The notes under the pieces are model-generated. The model was given only the letters and a program-made list of their open reading frames with translations, was not told where the DNA came from and did no database searches. This document shows positions 8,552 to 18,901 of a stretch of DNA of 45,228 nucleotides, piece by piece (positions within the stretch are counted from its first letter, which is position 1; each line of letters opens with the position of its first letter). The stretch spans positions 1-45,228 of the forward strand of contig MEQL01000019.1 in NCBI GenBank assembly GCA_001770205.1. Direction: 5' to 3'. This DNA comes from Bdellovibrionales bacterium RIFOXYD12_FULL_39_22. Its GTDB lineage: Bacteria; Bdellovibrionota; Bacteriovoracia; Bacteriovoracales; Bacteriovoracaceae. The position numbers and the translations under genes were made by a program.

Positions 8552-9883
8552 TTGAGTACTAGAGTAAGATATTTGCTTTGGATCATCTCGCTATTGACGG
8601 TGGTTGCCATTTTAGTATGGAGATACCTCTGGCAACAGGAAAAAGAGGTCCAGAATGTCATTACACAAAAAAAACAGATAGAAATCCTATTGACCGCCAG
8701 CGAGCAACTAATTCGTTTATGGAAAGACGGTGACATAACTGGACGGTGGGGGCGAGGCCTGGTTGATTGCCAAAAAGAGCTAGGAGATTTTAAAAGCAGT
8801 GATGAAAGTTTTTTAAAATGTAATCCGAATTTTTTACAATGTTATTTTTCCCATTACGAATATTTTTATCCGGCATCACAGGCGCCCATTTCTGTCTTTT
8901 ATAAAAAAGGTCATTCTCCCCATCTTGTTTTTGCAAAAAGAAATAAAAAAAGTGGCCTTTTTTACTCGATAATAACTCGGGATTTGGCGAATGATGTCGA
9001 CACTCCCCATTATGCTGTTGGGGTAACTCTTTTTTTAAAAGAGACAAAAAATAAAATGACATTACTGTTGGAAGATAATTGTCACGAGATTCTTCTTCCT
9101 GAACGGAAATATACTATGGGCCCTGTCGACTTTGAAAATAGTAAAAGCGCTCAATTATTATGGGACAACGTAGGACGAAAAATTTTCGTCGATAAAAATT
9201 TAGTATCTAATCGCGATATTAGCGAATGGATTACAATTGGCCCTTCTTCGTTTGTGGAAGAAACAACTATTTTGCGCTCAAAGCTTACGGATTGGGGTGA
9301 TAATTTGGCCGCGCCGGCCAGCGGCCTTACTCGCAAACAAATGGCGGCATATTGTCAGTTTAGAGGCAAGCAATTATTGGAGGCACATATCTTTGATGCT
9401 GCGACCTTTTTGCCAGGAGAGGTTGCCACAGCAAAGACGGTGTTTCGCTCGCCATCTCCATGGGATAAGCGATGGAGCGATTCTCTTTTTGCCCAAGCAG
9501 ATGAAAATTACACAGAAAATAATTGCCCTAAGGCCTATACTAGAGAATGTCTTACAATCGCCCCATATAAAAATTTTGCGACAACCTCCACTTCTTGGAG
9601 TGGGATTTATTTCCCGGTAGGAGGAGTACTTGAGTCCTTGCGTAATCCCAAGTCATCAACGCAGAATTTAAAAGCATCTAGTTTTTATTTTGATGTAAAA
9701 GCGATTTGGCATCAATTGGGTTATCGCGCTTACTGGGATGGCGAGGGGTTTGACGATAGAAATTTTACGTGGGAGTTTTTGCCGGAAGAATTCTTACCGC
9801 CAGAATCAAGAGTTGAGACGCAGAGAAATGAAGATTTTCAAGTTGGTTTTCGTTGCATGAGAATGGGGATAAATGAAAAATAA
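8552..9883 (+). CDS. Membrane-anchored hypothetical protein with FGE-sulfatase-like C-terminal region
   Basis: N-terminal TM; AAYCQFRGKQLL and terminal VGFRCMR resemble FGE/SUMF1-domain motifs. Confidence 0.5.
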   Translation: MSTRVRYLLWIISLLTVVAILVWRYLWQQEKEVQNVITQKKQIEILLTASEQLIRLWKDGDITGRWGRGLVDCQKELGDFKSSDESFLKCNPNFLQCYFSHYEYFYPASQAPISVFYKKGHSPHLVFAKRNKKSGLFYSIITRDLANDVDTPHYAVGVTLFLKETKNKMTLLLEDNCHEILLPERKYTMGPVDFENSKSAQLLWDNVGRKIFVDKNLVSNRDISEWITIGPSSFVEETTILRSKLTDWGDNLAAPASGLTRKQMAAYCQFRGKQLLEAHIFDAATFLPGEVATAKTVFRSPSPWDKRWSDSLFAQADENYTENNCPKAYTRECLTIAPYKNFATTSTSWSGIYFPVGGVLESLRNPKSSTQNLKASSFYFDVKAIWHQLGYRAYWDGEGFDDRNFTWEFLPEEFLPPESRVETQRNEDFQVGFRCMRMGINEK

Positions 9884-10814
9884 TTGGAAGTTTGGGCCTG
9901 TTTTTTTGAGTTGCCTTTTAATACTCTCGGCCTGTTTGTCTAAAAAAAGATATGAGGGCCTGGCACTTTTTGAGTCGCAAAGCTATTTGGCCCTTTTGTC
10001 AACATATCGCACACAAGAGGTGAGTTCGGGATACATAAATTCGGCGGAAGAGATTAACCGGCCAGTAAACAGTTGGCAGGCCATTATGCGTTTTGATTTG
10101 AGCAATTCTTCAGATAAGTCCATTTGTTTGTTCTATAAAATACCTTACATTAAAGCAGATAAAAAGATGGAGGGCATTATTTTATTTTCAAAACAGAAGA
10201 AATCTACCGCTTGTAAAAAAGGACACGATGATGGAGAAGAAATTGTTAGGTTAGAAGGAATCCATTCATTAAAAATTTTTCTCAATCCAGCTAATGATTT
10301 TATGGCCAAAGAAAAAAAACAAATTAAAAAAAATAATTTATATTTCATGATATATTATAAAAATATTAAGAGCAGGAGAAATCGTGTTTTGACAAAAAGC
10401 TGGATGGAATTCCCATTATTAAATATTAAAAACATTAATCGTATTGGTGTAACTTATTTGCCCAATTTATCGTTAGAAAATTTGGGGGAAAACAAAAAAA
10501 CGCAAAACCTACCTCAAGGAGAAAGGAATGACAGTTACATCAACAGAACAATCTTAAAGTGCAGTTTGAATTCTGATGCTGATGATAGTTGCGATAAATG
10601 TCGCTTCGGCTGGTATGATGCAATCGGGGATGCTGGCCGTATTGGTTTTTGTGGAGAGAGTCATTGTGGCGAAAGAGGATGGCCTGCCTGTCCACGCACG
10701 GGCATAGTACCAGTAGATGGTAAATTGATTTGTGTTGATGGAAGTGACTTGGGGATTTGTCAGGACGATCTTCATGTTTACTGTGATGAAAATCTGATTC
10801 TTTCCTGCCATTAA
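9873..10814 (+). CDS. Lipoprotein with Cys-rich C-terminus
   Basis: LSAC lipobox; CDKCRFGW...CGESHCGERGWPACP...C...C...C...C. Confidence 0.65.
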   Translation: MKNNWKFGPVFLSCLLILSACLSKKRYEGLALFESQSYLALLSTYRTQEVSSGYINSAEEINRPVNSWQAIMRFDLSNSSDKSICLFYKIPYIKADKKMEGIILFSKQKKSTACKKGHDDGEEIVRLEGIHSLKIFLNPANDFMAKEKKQIKKNNLYFMIYYKNIKSRRNRVLTKSWMEFPLLNIKNINRIGVTYLPNLSLENLGENKKTQNLPQGERNDSYINRTILKCSLNSDADDSCDKCRFGWYDAIGDAGRIGFCGESHCGERGWPACPRTGIVPVDGKLICVDGSDLGICQDDLHVYCDENLILSCH

Positions 10815-10941
10815 AATGATTATTTGTTAATAATATTTGAGCAAAAAGGTCGGAGCGTTTTTATCCTTCCTATTGCTGCAAACTTTTTGCTATTATTACC
10901 TCTTGTAGTTTCAGTGAAAAATTCAACAGGTGGAGTAATAA

Positions 10942-11877
10942 ATGATTGATCAAAACAACAGCAAATCGTTGCTAGCAATTCTTGTCATGGTTTTTGTGTT
11001 TTTTATTATTTTGGTTATTTTTGCGGTTTATACCGTAAAGGCCATGAAGGATAGTGATGATATAAAAACAAGTGTTGATTCCGATGATGCGCAGATTGCC
11101 GTTATAGAAATTTCAGAGGTAATTACTTCTTCCAAGGAGATTGTAGAAAAATTGATCAAGGCAGAAGAGGATAAGGAAATTAAGGCCATTATTGTGCGCA
11201 TTGATTCTCCAGGGGGGACAGTTGGCCCGACACAAGAGATATATGAAGAAATTTTGCGAATTGATGAGGAAAAGCCGGTTTATGCCAGTCTAGGTTCAAT
11301 TGCCGCTAGTGGAGGATATTACATTGCAGCGGCCACAAGAAAAATTTATTCTAACGCTGGAACGCTAACCGGTTCTATTGGTGTTATTATGAATTTTATG
11401 GACTCCTCTAAACTACTAGAGTTTGCGAAATTAGTGCCCAATACTGTTAAGGCCGGAAAATTCAAAGATGTTGGCTCCGGAGAACGTAGCATGACAGAAG
11501 AAGAGAGGGCACTTTTAGAGGGGACGGTTAATAGCGTTCATGAGCAGTTTAAAAATGATATTCTGAAACGGCGAAAGGAAAAGATTACAAAAGATTTTAA
11601 TGAAATTGCCCAAGGCCAAATTTTTTCAGGGCAGGAGGCCTTGTCGCTGGGCCTGGTTGATGCTGTGGCCGGCCTTTGGGCCGCCGGGCGTGCGATTCAC
11701 ACAGAATTAAAATTAAAGGGAGAGTTTAAGCTTCGCTTTTTAAAAGATAAAAAGAAAAATTCATTATGGGATTTAGCAGAGTCCTTAGAAGAATCAATTA
11801 CTGATTTGAAGCTGGGAAATATCCTTGGGCAAAAAACTCTAATGTACCTATACGCCCCACAATTTAGTGGAAAGTGA
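10942..11877 (+). CDS. sppA: Signal peptide peptidase SppA (S49, short form)
   Basis: RIDSPGG, AASGGYYIA, TGSIGV, KAGKFKD. Confidence 0.95.
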   Translation: MIDQNNSKSLLAILVMVFVFFIILVIFAVYTVKAMKDSDDIKTSVDSDDAQIAVIEISEVITSSKEIVEKLIKAEEDKEIKAIIVRIDSPGGTVGPTQEIYEEILRIDEEKPVYASLGSIAASGGYYIAAATRKIYSNAGTLTGSIGVIMNFMDSSKLLEFAKLVPNTVKAGKFKDVGSGERSMTEEERALLEGTVNSVHEQFKNDILKRRKEKITKDFNEIAQGQIFSGQEALSLGLVDAVAGLWAAGRAIHTELKLKGEFKLRFLKDKKKNSLWDLAESLEESITDLKLGNILGQKTLMYLYAPQFSGK

Positions 11878-11913
11878 TAAGAGGAGCATAGAAGAAACAG
11901 GTAAGTTTAAAAG

Positions 11914-13143
11914 ATGGAAATATACACTAATTGGTTACAGACAAATTTATTGGCCATCGTGGCAGTACTCCTTACTTTGATATTAAGCTATCACTATCTG
12001 ATGGAACGAGATACGGGTGTTAAGTTATCTAAAAAATATCGCAATTCTATTTTTGAAGCGCAATCAAAGATTTTCTTAAATGCCACGCAGTATCTTATTT
12101 CCGGCAATAGGGATTTGGCCATTCGAGAATTTTTAAATGCGGTAGATCTCAATCGTGAAACCATTGACACCTATTTTGCGTTGGGTGGACTTTTTAGAAG
12201 TAATGGAGAGATCGATAAGGCCATTAGTATCCATCGTTCGTTAATTGCTCGAGATAATATCTCCGAAGCAACCCGCCTAAAGTCTCTCAAGGAATTAGCA
12301 TTTGATTTTGATAAAGGTGGATTTATAGACAAGGCCATTGAGACTTATCGTGATGTTTTAAAAATAAATCGAGATCAGCAGGATGTGTTGTATGCTATTT
12401 GTCGAATTTATGAGGATATAGAAGACTGGGATCAGGCATATAATTATCGAATGATGCTATCTAAAATTAGCAGCAATAATCAATCGGAAACCATTGCGCA
12501 TATTTTAGTGCAAAAGGCCAAGGCCCTTTTTGAAAAAGGGGATATGGTTCGTTGTTGGGAAGAACTCGAAGAAGCATTTAAGTTTGCGCCTTCGGTCTCA
12601 GCCAATATTTTATGGCTGAGATTATCTTTGGCCAATGGAGATATGGAGAAGGCCCAGGAACTTTTAATGGAGCTTATCAATGCTAATCCAATGTATATCT
12701 CATTTGTTTTTGTGGCCCTCTCTGAACCATTTTCTGCAGATGAGAAAGTTAAAAATGATTACAACACTCGACTTACGTTGTTGAAGAGTTTTTTTGTAAA
12801 ACTAAAAGACAAAGAGCTAACTCCTTCTCCTGCAATTACTTTAGCAAAAGTGCGCTTACTCAAAGAGGAGAATAAAATTAACGAGGCCTATCAGACGCTT
12901 AATGGCCTGGTTTCCAAGGGGAAACAGCTTTCGGAAGTTTTGATGGTAGAATATATTCGTTTGTTGGTTCAGCTGAATAAAACTGAGGAGGCACTAAAAC
13001 GAACAGGGGATTTTTTGTTAAATTTAAACAAATCCCTTACACGTCATTTTTGTAGTCAGTGTGGATATAATTCAGATGAGATTTTTTGGCGATGCCCGCA
13101 GTGTCATGAATGGGAAACGATTCAGTTTAGATGGAAAGTATAA
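11914..13143 (+). CDS. lapB: LPS assembly protein B-like (TM, TPR repeats, rubredoxin-type tail)
   Basis: ALGGLFRSNGEIDKAISIHRSL; CSQCGY...WRCPQCHEWET. Confidence 0.85.
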   Translation: MEIYTNWLQTNLLAIVAVLLTLILSYHYLMERDTGVKLSKKYRNSIFEAQSKIFLNATQYLISGNRDLAIREFLNAVDLNRETIDTYFALGGLFRSNGEIDKAISIHRSLIARDNISEATRLKSLKELAFDFDKGGFIDKAIETYRDVLKINRDQQDVLYAICRIYEDIEDWDQAYNYRMMLSKISSNNQSETIAHILVQKAKALFEKGDMVRCWEELEEAFKFAPSVSANILWLRLSLANGDMEKAQELLMELINANPMYISFVFVALSEPFSADEKVKNDYNTRLTLLKSFFVKLKDKELTPSPAITLAKVRLLKEENKINEAYQTLNGLVSKGKQLSEVLMVEYIRLLVQLNKTEEALKRTGDFLLNLNKSLTRHFCSQCGYNSDEIFWRCPQCHEWETIQFRWKV

Positions 13144-13592
13144 GGTACGATGGTATGAGCATGCGAAGTTGTCTAATGGCCGCTTTAATTCTAGAAATAT
13201 TTCTAGGAGGAAAGGCCGTCTTTGCTGTAAATGAGAAAAGTGATTATATTGGGATTATGTTTTATCAGAAATTTTTTGGCAATGTTCATCAAAATTACTC
13301 TCGATACTCTGCTACACTTACCACCGTATCATGTGGACATCCCATAAAAGTATATAAGCAAAAGGTGAGTGGAGATGCGAAAACAGCGGACAATTTTTCC
13401 GATTGGCAATCGGCAAAGGTTGGCCCGTACGATGGATATGTGTTAGGAGCGTTAGTTGGCACAGTAAGGCCGGATTGTTTTCAGGATCAGTTTCCAAAAT
13501 TTTTTGAACAGTTTGACTTAGATTTGGCCGAGCTTTTCTATTGGGGGCGATTGTATGATCAATACATCATTGGTCGCTCAATGGTGAAGTGA
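13131..13592 (+). CDS. Secreted hypothetical protein
   Basis: Hydrophobic N-terminus; overlaps operon neighbours. Confidence 0.6.
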   Translation: MESIRYDGMSMRSCLMAALILEIFLGGKAVFAVNEKSDYIGIMFYQKFFGNVHQNYSRYSATLTTVSCGHPIKVYKQKVSGDAKTADNFSDWQSAKVGPYDGYVLGALVGTVRPDCFQDQFPKFFEQFDLDLAELFYWGRLYDQYIIGRSMVK

Positions 13593-14521
13593 TGTGTAAA
13601 CATTTTTACGTTTTGATTGTCTTCTTATCTCTTATTGGGGGGGCAAAGGGAGAGAATGTTGAAACTATTCTAACAGCACCAAGCGAAACAGCAACAACGC
13701 CACTTTCCGCGGGAGATGTATTAGATTTTAATTCCATAAAGGAAGTTATTAAAAGCGATGGATTAGAGCAGACGGTTATTCAGAAGACCGAGGAGATTAA
13801 AGAAGAAATTAAAAAGAATAAGAAAATAAAAACAGGCCGCTACAATGTTCCGGAAGAAGATCAGGTCTGGACGTTTTTAACAGAGTATTGGCTAATTAAG
13901 AATGCGCCAGCGCTAAATTGGGATTTTACAAAGCCAGACTATGGGCTCGATATCTATTTTAAGGATTTTTTAGAAAAACAAGGTCTCTATGAGAAGAGTT
14001 TTAAAATATTGCTGATTAATTCTCCAAATGTGGCCCACTTTGCGCTTCCGGCCAACAACGGCGAATATATTTTTTTATTATCGGCCCCCTTTATAAGGGC
14101 AATGGATCTAAGCAAGCAAGAGATTGCTATATTGCTGTATGAAGATTATGTTCGAGGAGAGATGGCCTTTTTTAAAAAATTTGTTATGAGCAAGGAGTTG
14201 CAAAACGTATTGGGAACGAATTTCAGTGGCAAAAAGCTTGATATAGAAATTTTTAAAAAGGTCTGGGCACAATATGACAAACTGATTTTTGATGTTGGTT
14301 TCAACTTTCAACAACAGTACGATGTTACTAAACGGGTCGGAGAGACCTTAAAAAGTAATTTACACCTTTGGAACAATTATTTGGGATTACTAAAAAAGAT
14401 AGATGATCTAGTAAAAGCAAACGTGCTGTATAAGGGACATAATAGCATCTATCCTTCACCCGAACTGCAACTTAGTTGGTTGGTACCAACAACTAACAAA
14501 GATAGACCAGTTAATCCATGA
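13589..14521 (+). CDS. Secreted hypothetical protein
   Basis: Signal peptide; 4-nt overlaps with neighbours; weak M48-like segment lacking HExxH. Confidence 0.6.
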   Translation: MMCKHFYVLIVFLSLIGGAKGENVETILTAPSETATTPLSAGDVLDFNSIKEVIKSDGLEQTVIQKTEEIKEEIKKNKKIKTGRYNVPEEDQVWTFLTEYWLIKNAPALNWDFTKPDYGLDIYFKDFLEKQGLYEKSFKILLINSPNVAHFALPANNGEYIFLLSAPFIRAMDLSKQEIAILLYEDYVRGEMAFFKKFVMSKELQNVLGTNFSGKKLDIEIFKKVWAQYDKLIFDVGFNFQQQYDVTKRVGETLKSNLHLWNNYLGLLKKIDDLVKANVLYKGHNSIYPSPELQLSWLVPTTNKDRPVNP

Positions 14522-15435
14522 TGAATAAAAGGCCACTCACACGATCTAATCTGTTTCGACAAATAATAATTTACATAAGCTTTTACCTATTGGTTTGGCT
14601 GATACAACTAATTTTACTTTCTGGTAGTGCCTTCTTTCATTTTTTGCTAGGCCATCGGATGGAGATAATTAAAGAGTGGATCTGGGATCGGGGTTGGTCG
14701 CTGATTACGGTGTCCAAGCTTCTTTCATTTTATATTATGGCCCAATTTATTGGGATTAGAGATAGTGGACGACGAGTGCTGAGAAATATTTGGGAGATAA
14801 AAACAGGTGCAATAAAAAAAGAGGTATTGTTATCTTCTGCCATCTTGCTGGTGTTATCTATCTTTACCGGATGGCCGGCCACCCTTTCTCAGACGTCTAT
14901 TCAAAATGGCCAAGTGGTTATGGGGTACCTCGGCAATGTTCTCTTCTATTTAATAGATATTTTTTTAATTGTAATTTTGCAGCATTATTACCCGGTGGGA
15001 AATAGCAAACGGCCTTATAGATTAATATTTTTTTGTACCGTTTTTTTTGTTTTTTCTAAGGCAATTTATTTTTATGCTACAGATTTGCACTATTTTATAA
15101 TTTTAAATTTTTTATTTTGTCTGTATATTGTTGAATATTTACCGACGAACTTTAGAAATGTTGTGGCCTTGTTATTAATTTTCGTGGCCCCTATGGCCGC
15201 ATTTTTTGGGATTGATCCGATTTGGGGAAATAGTTTTTCCGTTTTTGCTTTGGACAAACATTTCTCTGTTGTCACTGTGTTGATAAGTTATCTGTTAGGA
15301 TTTTTTTATATTTATGTAAAAGAAAACAGCTGGGAGCATGTTAAGAAATTGACAGTTACATTAATTCATCAACTAACAAGGTATCGCAGATACAACAGGC
15401 CTGGGCCAGTGGAGGGAAGAGATGGGAGAAGATAA
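14518..15435 (+). CDS. Multi-pass membrane protein
   Basis: About 8 hydrophobic segments; operonic with tolQ. Confidence 0.65.
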   Translation: MMNKRPLTRSNLFRQIIIYISFYLLVWLIQLILLSGSAFFHFLLGHRMEIIKEWIWDRGWSLITVSKLLSFYIMAQFIGIRDSGRRVLRNIWEIKTGAIKKEVLLSSAILLVLSIFTGWPATLSQTSIQNGQVVMGYLGNVLFYLIDIFLIVILQHYYPVGNSKRPYRLIFFCTVFFVFSKAIYFYATDLHYFIILNFLFCLYIVEYLPTNFRNVVALLLIFVAPMAAFFGIDPIWGNSFSVFALDKHFSVVTVLISYLLGFFYIYVKENSWEHVKKLTVTLIHQLTRYRRYNRPGPVEGRDGRR

Positions 15436-16120
15436 AGCAATAAGTCTTTTAGATATTCTTTTAAATTCAGGATTCGTGGTAATTTTAATTTTACTGATTT
15501 TAATTTTTGCCTCAGTTTTGTCCTGGGCAATTATCTGGCAAAAAATGAAACTAACCAAGGCCATGAGATTAAATAATGATTTGTTTTTAGAGTATTATAA
15601 AAATTCTGAAAACTTTAGAGAGGTTTTAGAGAAGGCCCAGAATTTGCAATTTAGTCCTTTGAAAACAATATTTACCAATGGCCAGATAGAATTAACTAAA
15701 ATAAAAAAAAATACGGACAATGAAGGACTCAAGCGTCATTTTGAGTTGCATGGATTAACTCTAATTGAGCGAGCAATTCAAAAAGGAATCAATGAATCTA
15801 ATGAAGAGCTGGATAATATGTTATCGACCTTGGCCAGTGTTGGATCCGTTTCTCCATTCATTGGACTTTTTGGAACAGTTTGGGGAATTATTAATTCATT
15901 TACTGGCCTGGCCGGAGGAGGAGCAACCTTAGATGTGGTTGCTCCAGGTATTGCGGAGGCGTTAGTTGCAACGGCAGCAGGATTGGCCGCGGCAATTCCC
16001 GCTGTTTGGTTTTATAACTATTTTTTAAATCAGAATGCTAAGGCCAATGTGCAGATGGAAAGTTTTGGCCAAGATTTTTTAAATGTAATTGAGCGCTCTT
16101 TGATTAGTAAGCTAAATTAG
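15422..16120 (+). CDS. tolQ: TolQ (MotA/TolQ/ExbB family)
   Basis: SPFIGLFGTVWGI; VAPGIAEALVATAAGLAAAIPA. Confidence 0.92.
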   Translation: MGEDKAISLLDILLNSGFVVILILLILIFASVLSWAIIWQKMKLTKAMRLNNDLFLEYYKNSENFREVLEKAQNLQFSPLKTIFTNGQIELTKIKKNTDNEGLKRHFELHGLTLIERAIQKGINESNEELDNMLSTLASVGSVSPFIGLFGTVWGIINSFTGLAGGGATLDVVAPGIAEALVATAAGLAAAIPAVWFYNYFLNQNAKANVQMESFGQDFLNVIERSLISKLN

Positions 16121-16132
16121 GGAGACAACGTT

Positions 16133-16552
16133 ATGGGAATGGGAATGACTCCTGGGAAAGGAGGAAAGGGAAGAATGGCAGAGATAAATGTTACTCCTTT
16201 GGTGGATGTAATGCTGGTTTTGTTGGTGATTTTTATGATCACCGCGCCGTTGTTATTAAATGGGATAAAACTTGAGTTGCCGAAAACCAAGGAAGTTAAT
16301 CGAATCAACCTTACTTCGAGTCAGATAATTTTATCTTATACTCGCACGAGTGAGTATTTTATAGGAAAGGATAAATTTTTATTGGGAGAGTTAGTTCCAA
16401 TAATAAAGCAGAAATTTGCGGATAATAAAACGGACGTACTGTATTTGCGGGCAGATTACGCAATTACTTATGGAAAAGTGGCCGCACTTATGTCGCATCT
16501 AAAAAAGAATGGTATTTCTCAAATTGCTTTGGTGACTGAGACCGCAAAATGA
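16133..16552 (+). CDS. tolR: TolR (ExbD/TolR family)
   Basis: [27 protein letters not shown]...YGKV. Confidence 0.92.
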   Translation: MGMGMTPGKGGKGRMAEINVTPLVDVMLVLLVIFMITAPLLLNGIKLELPKTKEVNRINLTSSQIILSYTRTSEYFIGKDKFLLGELVPIIKQKFADNKTDVLYLRADYAITYGKVAALMSHLKKNGISQIALVTETAK

Positions 16553-17349
16553 GTACAGAGTTTAATAGATTTATTGTCTATTCTTTTTCTTCTCACCTGG
16601 GATTGCTCTTCCTAATTATTTTCATACAATTAATTACCGGATTTCTTTCGCAGACAGATAGGATGAAGCTGCAGATGTCTCAGACGGCCATTCGGGTCGA
16701 CGTTGTGGCAATGCCTACAATGAGTTTAAAAGAATTACGGGCCTTGGAAAGTGAAATAAATCGAGAAGATCTTCAGGAGGCCAAAGAGGATAAAGTTGAA
16801 AAAGTGCTAGAAGAGAAAAGTTTGGAGACCTCACAACTGGAATATTTAAAGGAAAAAGAAGGAAAAGATAAAAAGGCCTTTTTATCTATGTTAAAAGATT
16901 TAGGAAAAACTAAACTGGATAACAAAGAACAAAAGGCCATGCGGCAAAAAGATAAGTTGCCGCTAGATGGTAATTTGAAGAGAGAATTACAAAAACTTAT
17001 TATTGCCGGTAATAAAGTTAGCAAAGGATCTTCATTAACCGGAGAGGTAATTTCGGATAAGGAGGCCTCCGAGTTTAATAATTATATTAACAAACTGCCA
17101 GAGATTATTCGGCCTTTTTGGCAATTACCTAGTTATTTAAAAGAGCAAAATTTGCAATGTAGAATTGTTCTGTATTTATCTTCTGATGGATCAATAATCA
17201 AAACAACTATTTTGGAAACGAGTGGAAATGATGACTATGATTTAAGGGCGCTAAAGTCAATTCAGGCCGCTGCCCCCTTTCCGCTGGTAACACCAGAAAT
17301 TGTAGATCGAGTTAAAAGTGGAGAGATTGTTTTGGGGTTTCCTTTGTAG
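16549..17349 (+). CDS. tolA: TolA/TonB-family protein
   Basis: TM with SHLG motif; charged linker; TonB_C-like [22 protein letters not shown]; lies between tolR and tolB. Confidence 0.8.
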   Translation: MSTEFNRFIVYSFSSHLGLLFLIIFIQLITGFLSQTDRMKLQMSQTAIRVDVVAMPTMSLKELRALESEINREDLQEAKEDKVEKVLEEKSLETSQLEYLKEKEGKDKKAFLSMLKDLGKTKLDNKEQKAMRQKDKLPLDGNLKRELQKLIIAGNKVSKGSSLTGEVISDKEASEFNNYINKLPEIIRPFWQLPSYLKEQNLQCRIVLYLSSDGSIIKTTILETSGNDDYDLRALKSIQAAAPFPLVTPEIVDRVKSGEIVLGFPL

Positions 17350-17357
17350 TTTTTTCT

Positions 17358-18758
17358 TTGATGGAGTTTTTTATGATTTTAAAATTATTTTTCATTTTTA
17401 TTTTCGGGGCATTGATCGATGCTTCCTTTGCTGCAGATAAAAGCATGACAATTGTGGCCGTGGGAGATGCGGTGTTGGCAAAAGAGAAAATGCTGATTTT
17501 GGAACCATATGTTGCTAAAGGAATATCTGGAGCAGATCGAGAACGAGTTAATGAATTGGTGGAATTATTTCGCAACGATTTTTCTTATTACAAAAGTAGA
17601 TTTGAATTGGATACTGCTAATTATTCTGTTTCTCGCAATGATCGGAATGTCTCCTTTATGGATTTGACAAGTTTGGCCGGCCGAGGAATTGAACATATCG
17701 TAAAGCTCTCTTTTTTATTAGAAGGTGGCAAACTTAAATACGATATAAAACACTATAAATCATCCACCGGTCAGGCCCTCTATGCTCAGGATGGACTGGT
17801 TCCAATATTTGAGCTGCGCACTTGGGGACACCAGGTTGCTAACGCAATTTATAAAGGAATAACTGGAGTAGATTCTATTTTTGAATCAAAAGTAATTTTT
17901 GTTTCAGATCGGCCAACGGTAAATCGCAAGGAACCAATTAAAGAACTCTATATCGCAGATTTTGACGGAAAAAATTTAGAGCGCTTAACTTACTTTAATG
18001 GAAATGTAATATCGCCAGACATGTCTAAGGATCGCAAAAAGATAATTTATAGTCTTATAAAGGATAGTGTTCGCGGTAGAGGTGCCGGAAAAATTAAACG
18101 AGATCGCGCCATTGAACTTTATATGTATGATACCAAAACAAAGCAAAATGAACTTATTTCGAATTTTGAGGGAGTAAACTCGGGTGCCATTTTTATAAGC
18201 AATAACGATAATGAAAATATAGCGTTGACTCTTAGTTTCTCGGGTAACGCAGAAATATATGAGATGAATATTAAGACTAAAAAATTGCGACAAATTACCA
18301 AGCATCTATCGATAGATGTCGATCCGTCTTTTTCAGCAGATGGTAAATTGATGACTTTTCTCTCCGGGCGTTCAGGAGATCCAATGGTCTATATAATGGA
18401 TCCTTCTGTGGTTGAGCAGAGTGTAGTCAGAATTGGTTTCGTCGGCCAATTTAATGCTACTCCTCGCTTTTCTCCTGATGGAAAAGAGATTGCATTTTCT
18501 TCGTGGTTGGAAAATAGTTTTGATATCTTTCGTATGAGTGTTGATGGTTCCAATTTAGTGCGCCTAACTAAAGATTTTGGCTCTAATGAAGAACCGACTT
18601 ATTCACCCGACGGACAGTTTATTCTTTTTTCTTCACAGCGAGTTATTTCGCGAGAGCGGGCCGTACAAAATTTATACATAATGAACAGAGATGGTGATGT
18701 AATAGCTCCGGTAATCGTTAATTTTGGAAACTGTACAACTCCTAGATGGTCCAAATAG
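17358..18758 (+). CDS. tolB: TolB (PD40 beta-propeller)
   Basis: Repeated PSFSADG / PRFSPDG / PTYSPDG; tol operon context. Confidence 0.9.
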   Translation: MMEFFMILKLFFIFIFGALIDASFAADKSMTIVAVGDAVLAKEKMLILEPYVAKGISGADRERVNELVELFRNDFSYYKSRFELDTANYSVSRNDRNVSFMDLTSLAGRGIEHIVKLSFLLEGGKLKYDIKHYKSSTGQALYAQDGLVPIFELRTWGHQVANAIYKGITGVDSIFESKVIFVSDRPTVNRKEPIKELYIADFDGKNLERLTYFNGNVISPDMSKDRKKIIYSLIKDSVRGRGAGKIKRDRAIELYMYDTKTKQNELISNFEGVNSGAIFISNNDNENIALTLSFSGNAEIYEMNIKTKKLRQITKHLSIDVDPSFSADGKLMTFLSGRSGDPMVYIMDPSVVEQSVVRIGFVGQFNATPRFSPDGKEIAFSSWLENSFDIFRMSVDGSNLVRLTKDFGSNEEPTYSPDGQFILFSSQRVISRERAVQNLYIMNRDGDVIAPVIVNFGNCTTPRWSK

Positions 18759-18901
18759 CTGCTTTTGTGATAGCAAAAAAAATTTAAAAACAGTTGACTA
18801 TTTTTCTCTTGTAAATTTTTCAATCAATGTTATCATGTTTGTTATACTGCACAGCGTAAAAAATGCTTTTAAAGACTAATTTTTTGCCTAGGAGTTTAAC
18901 A

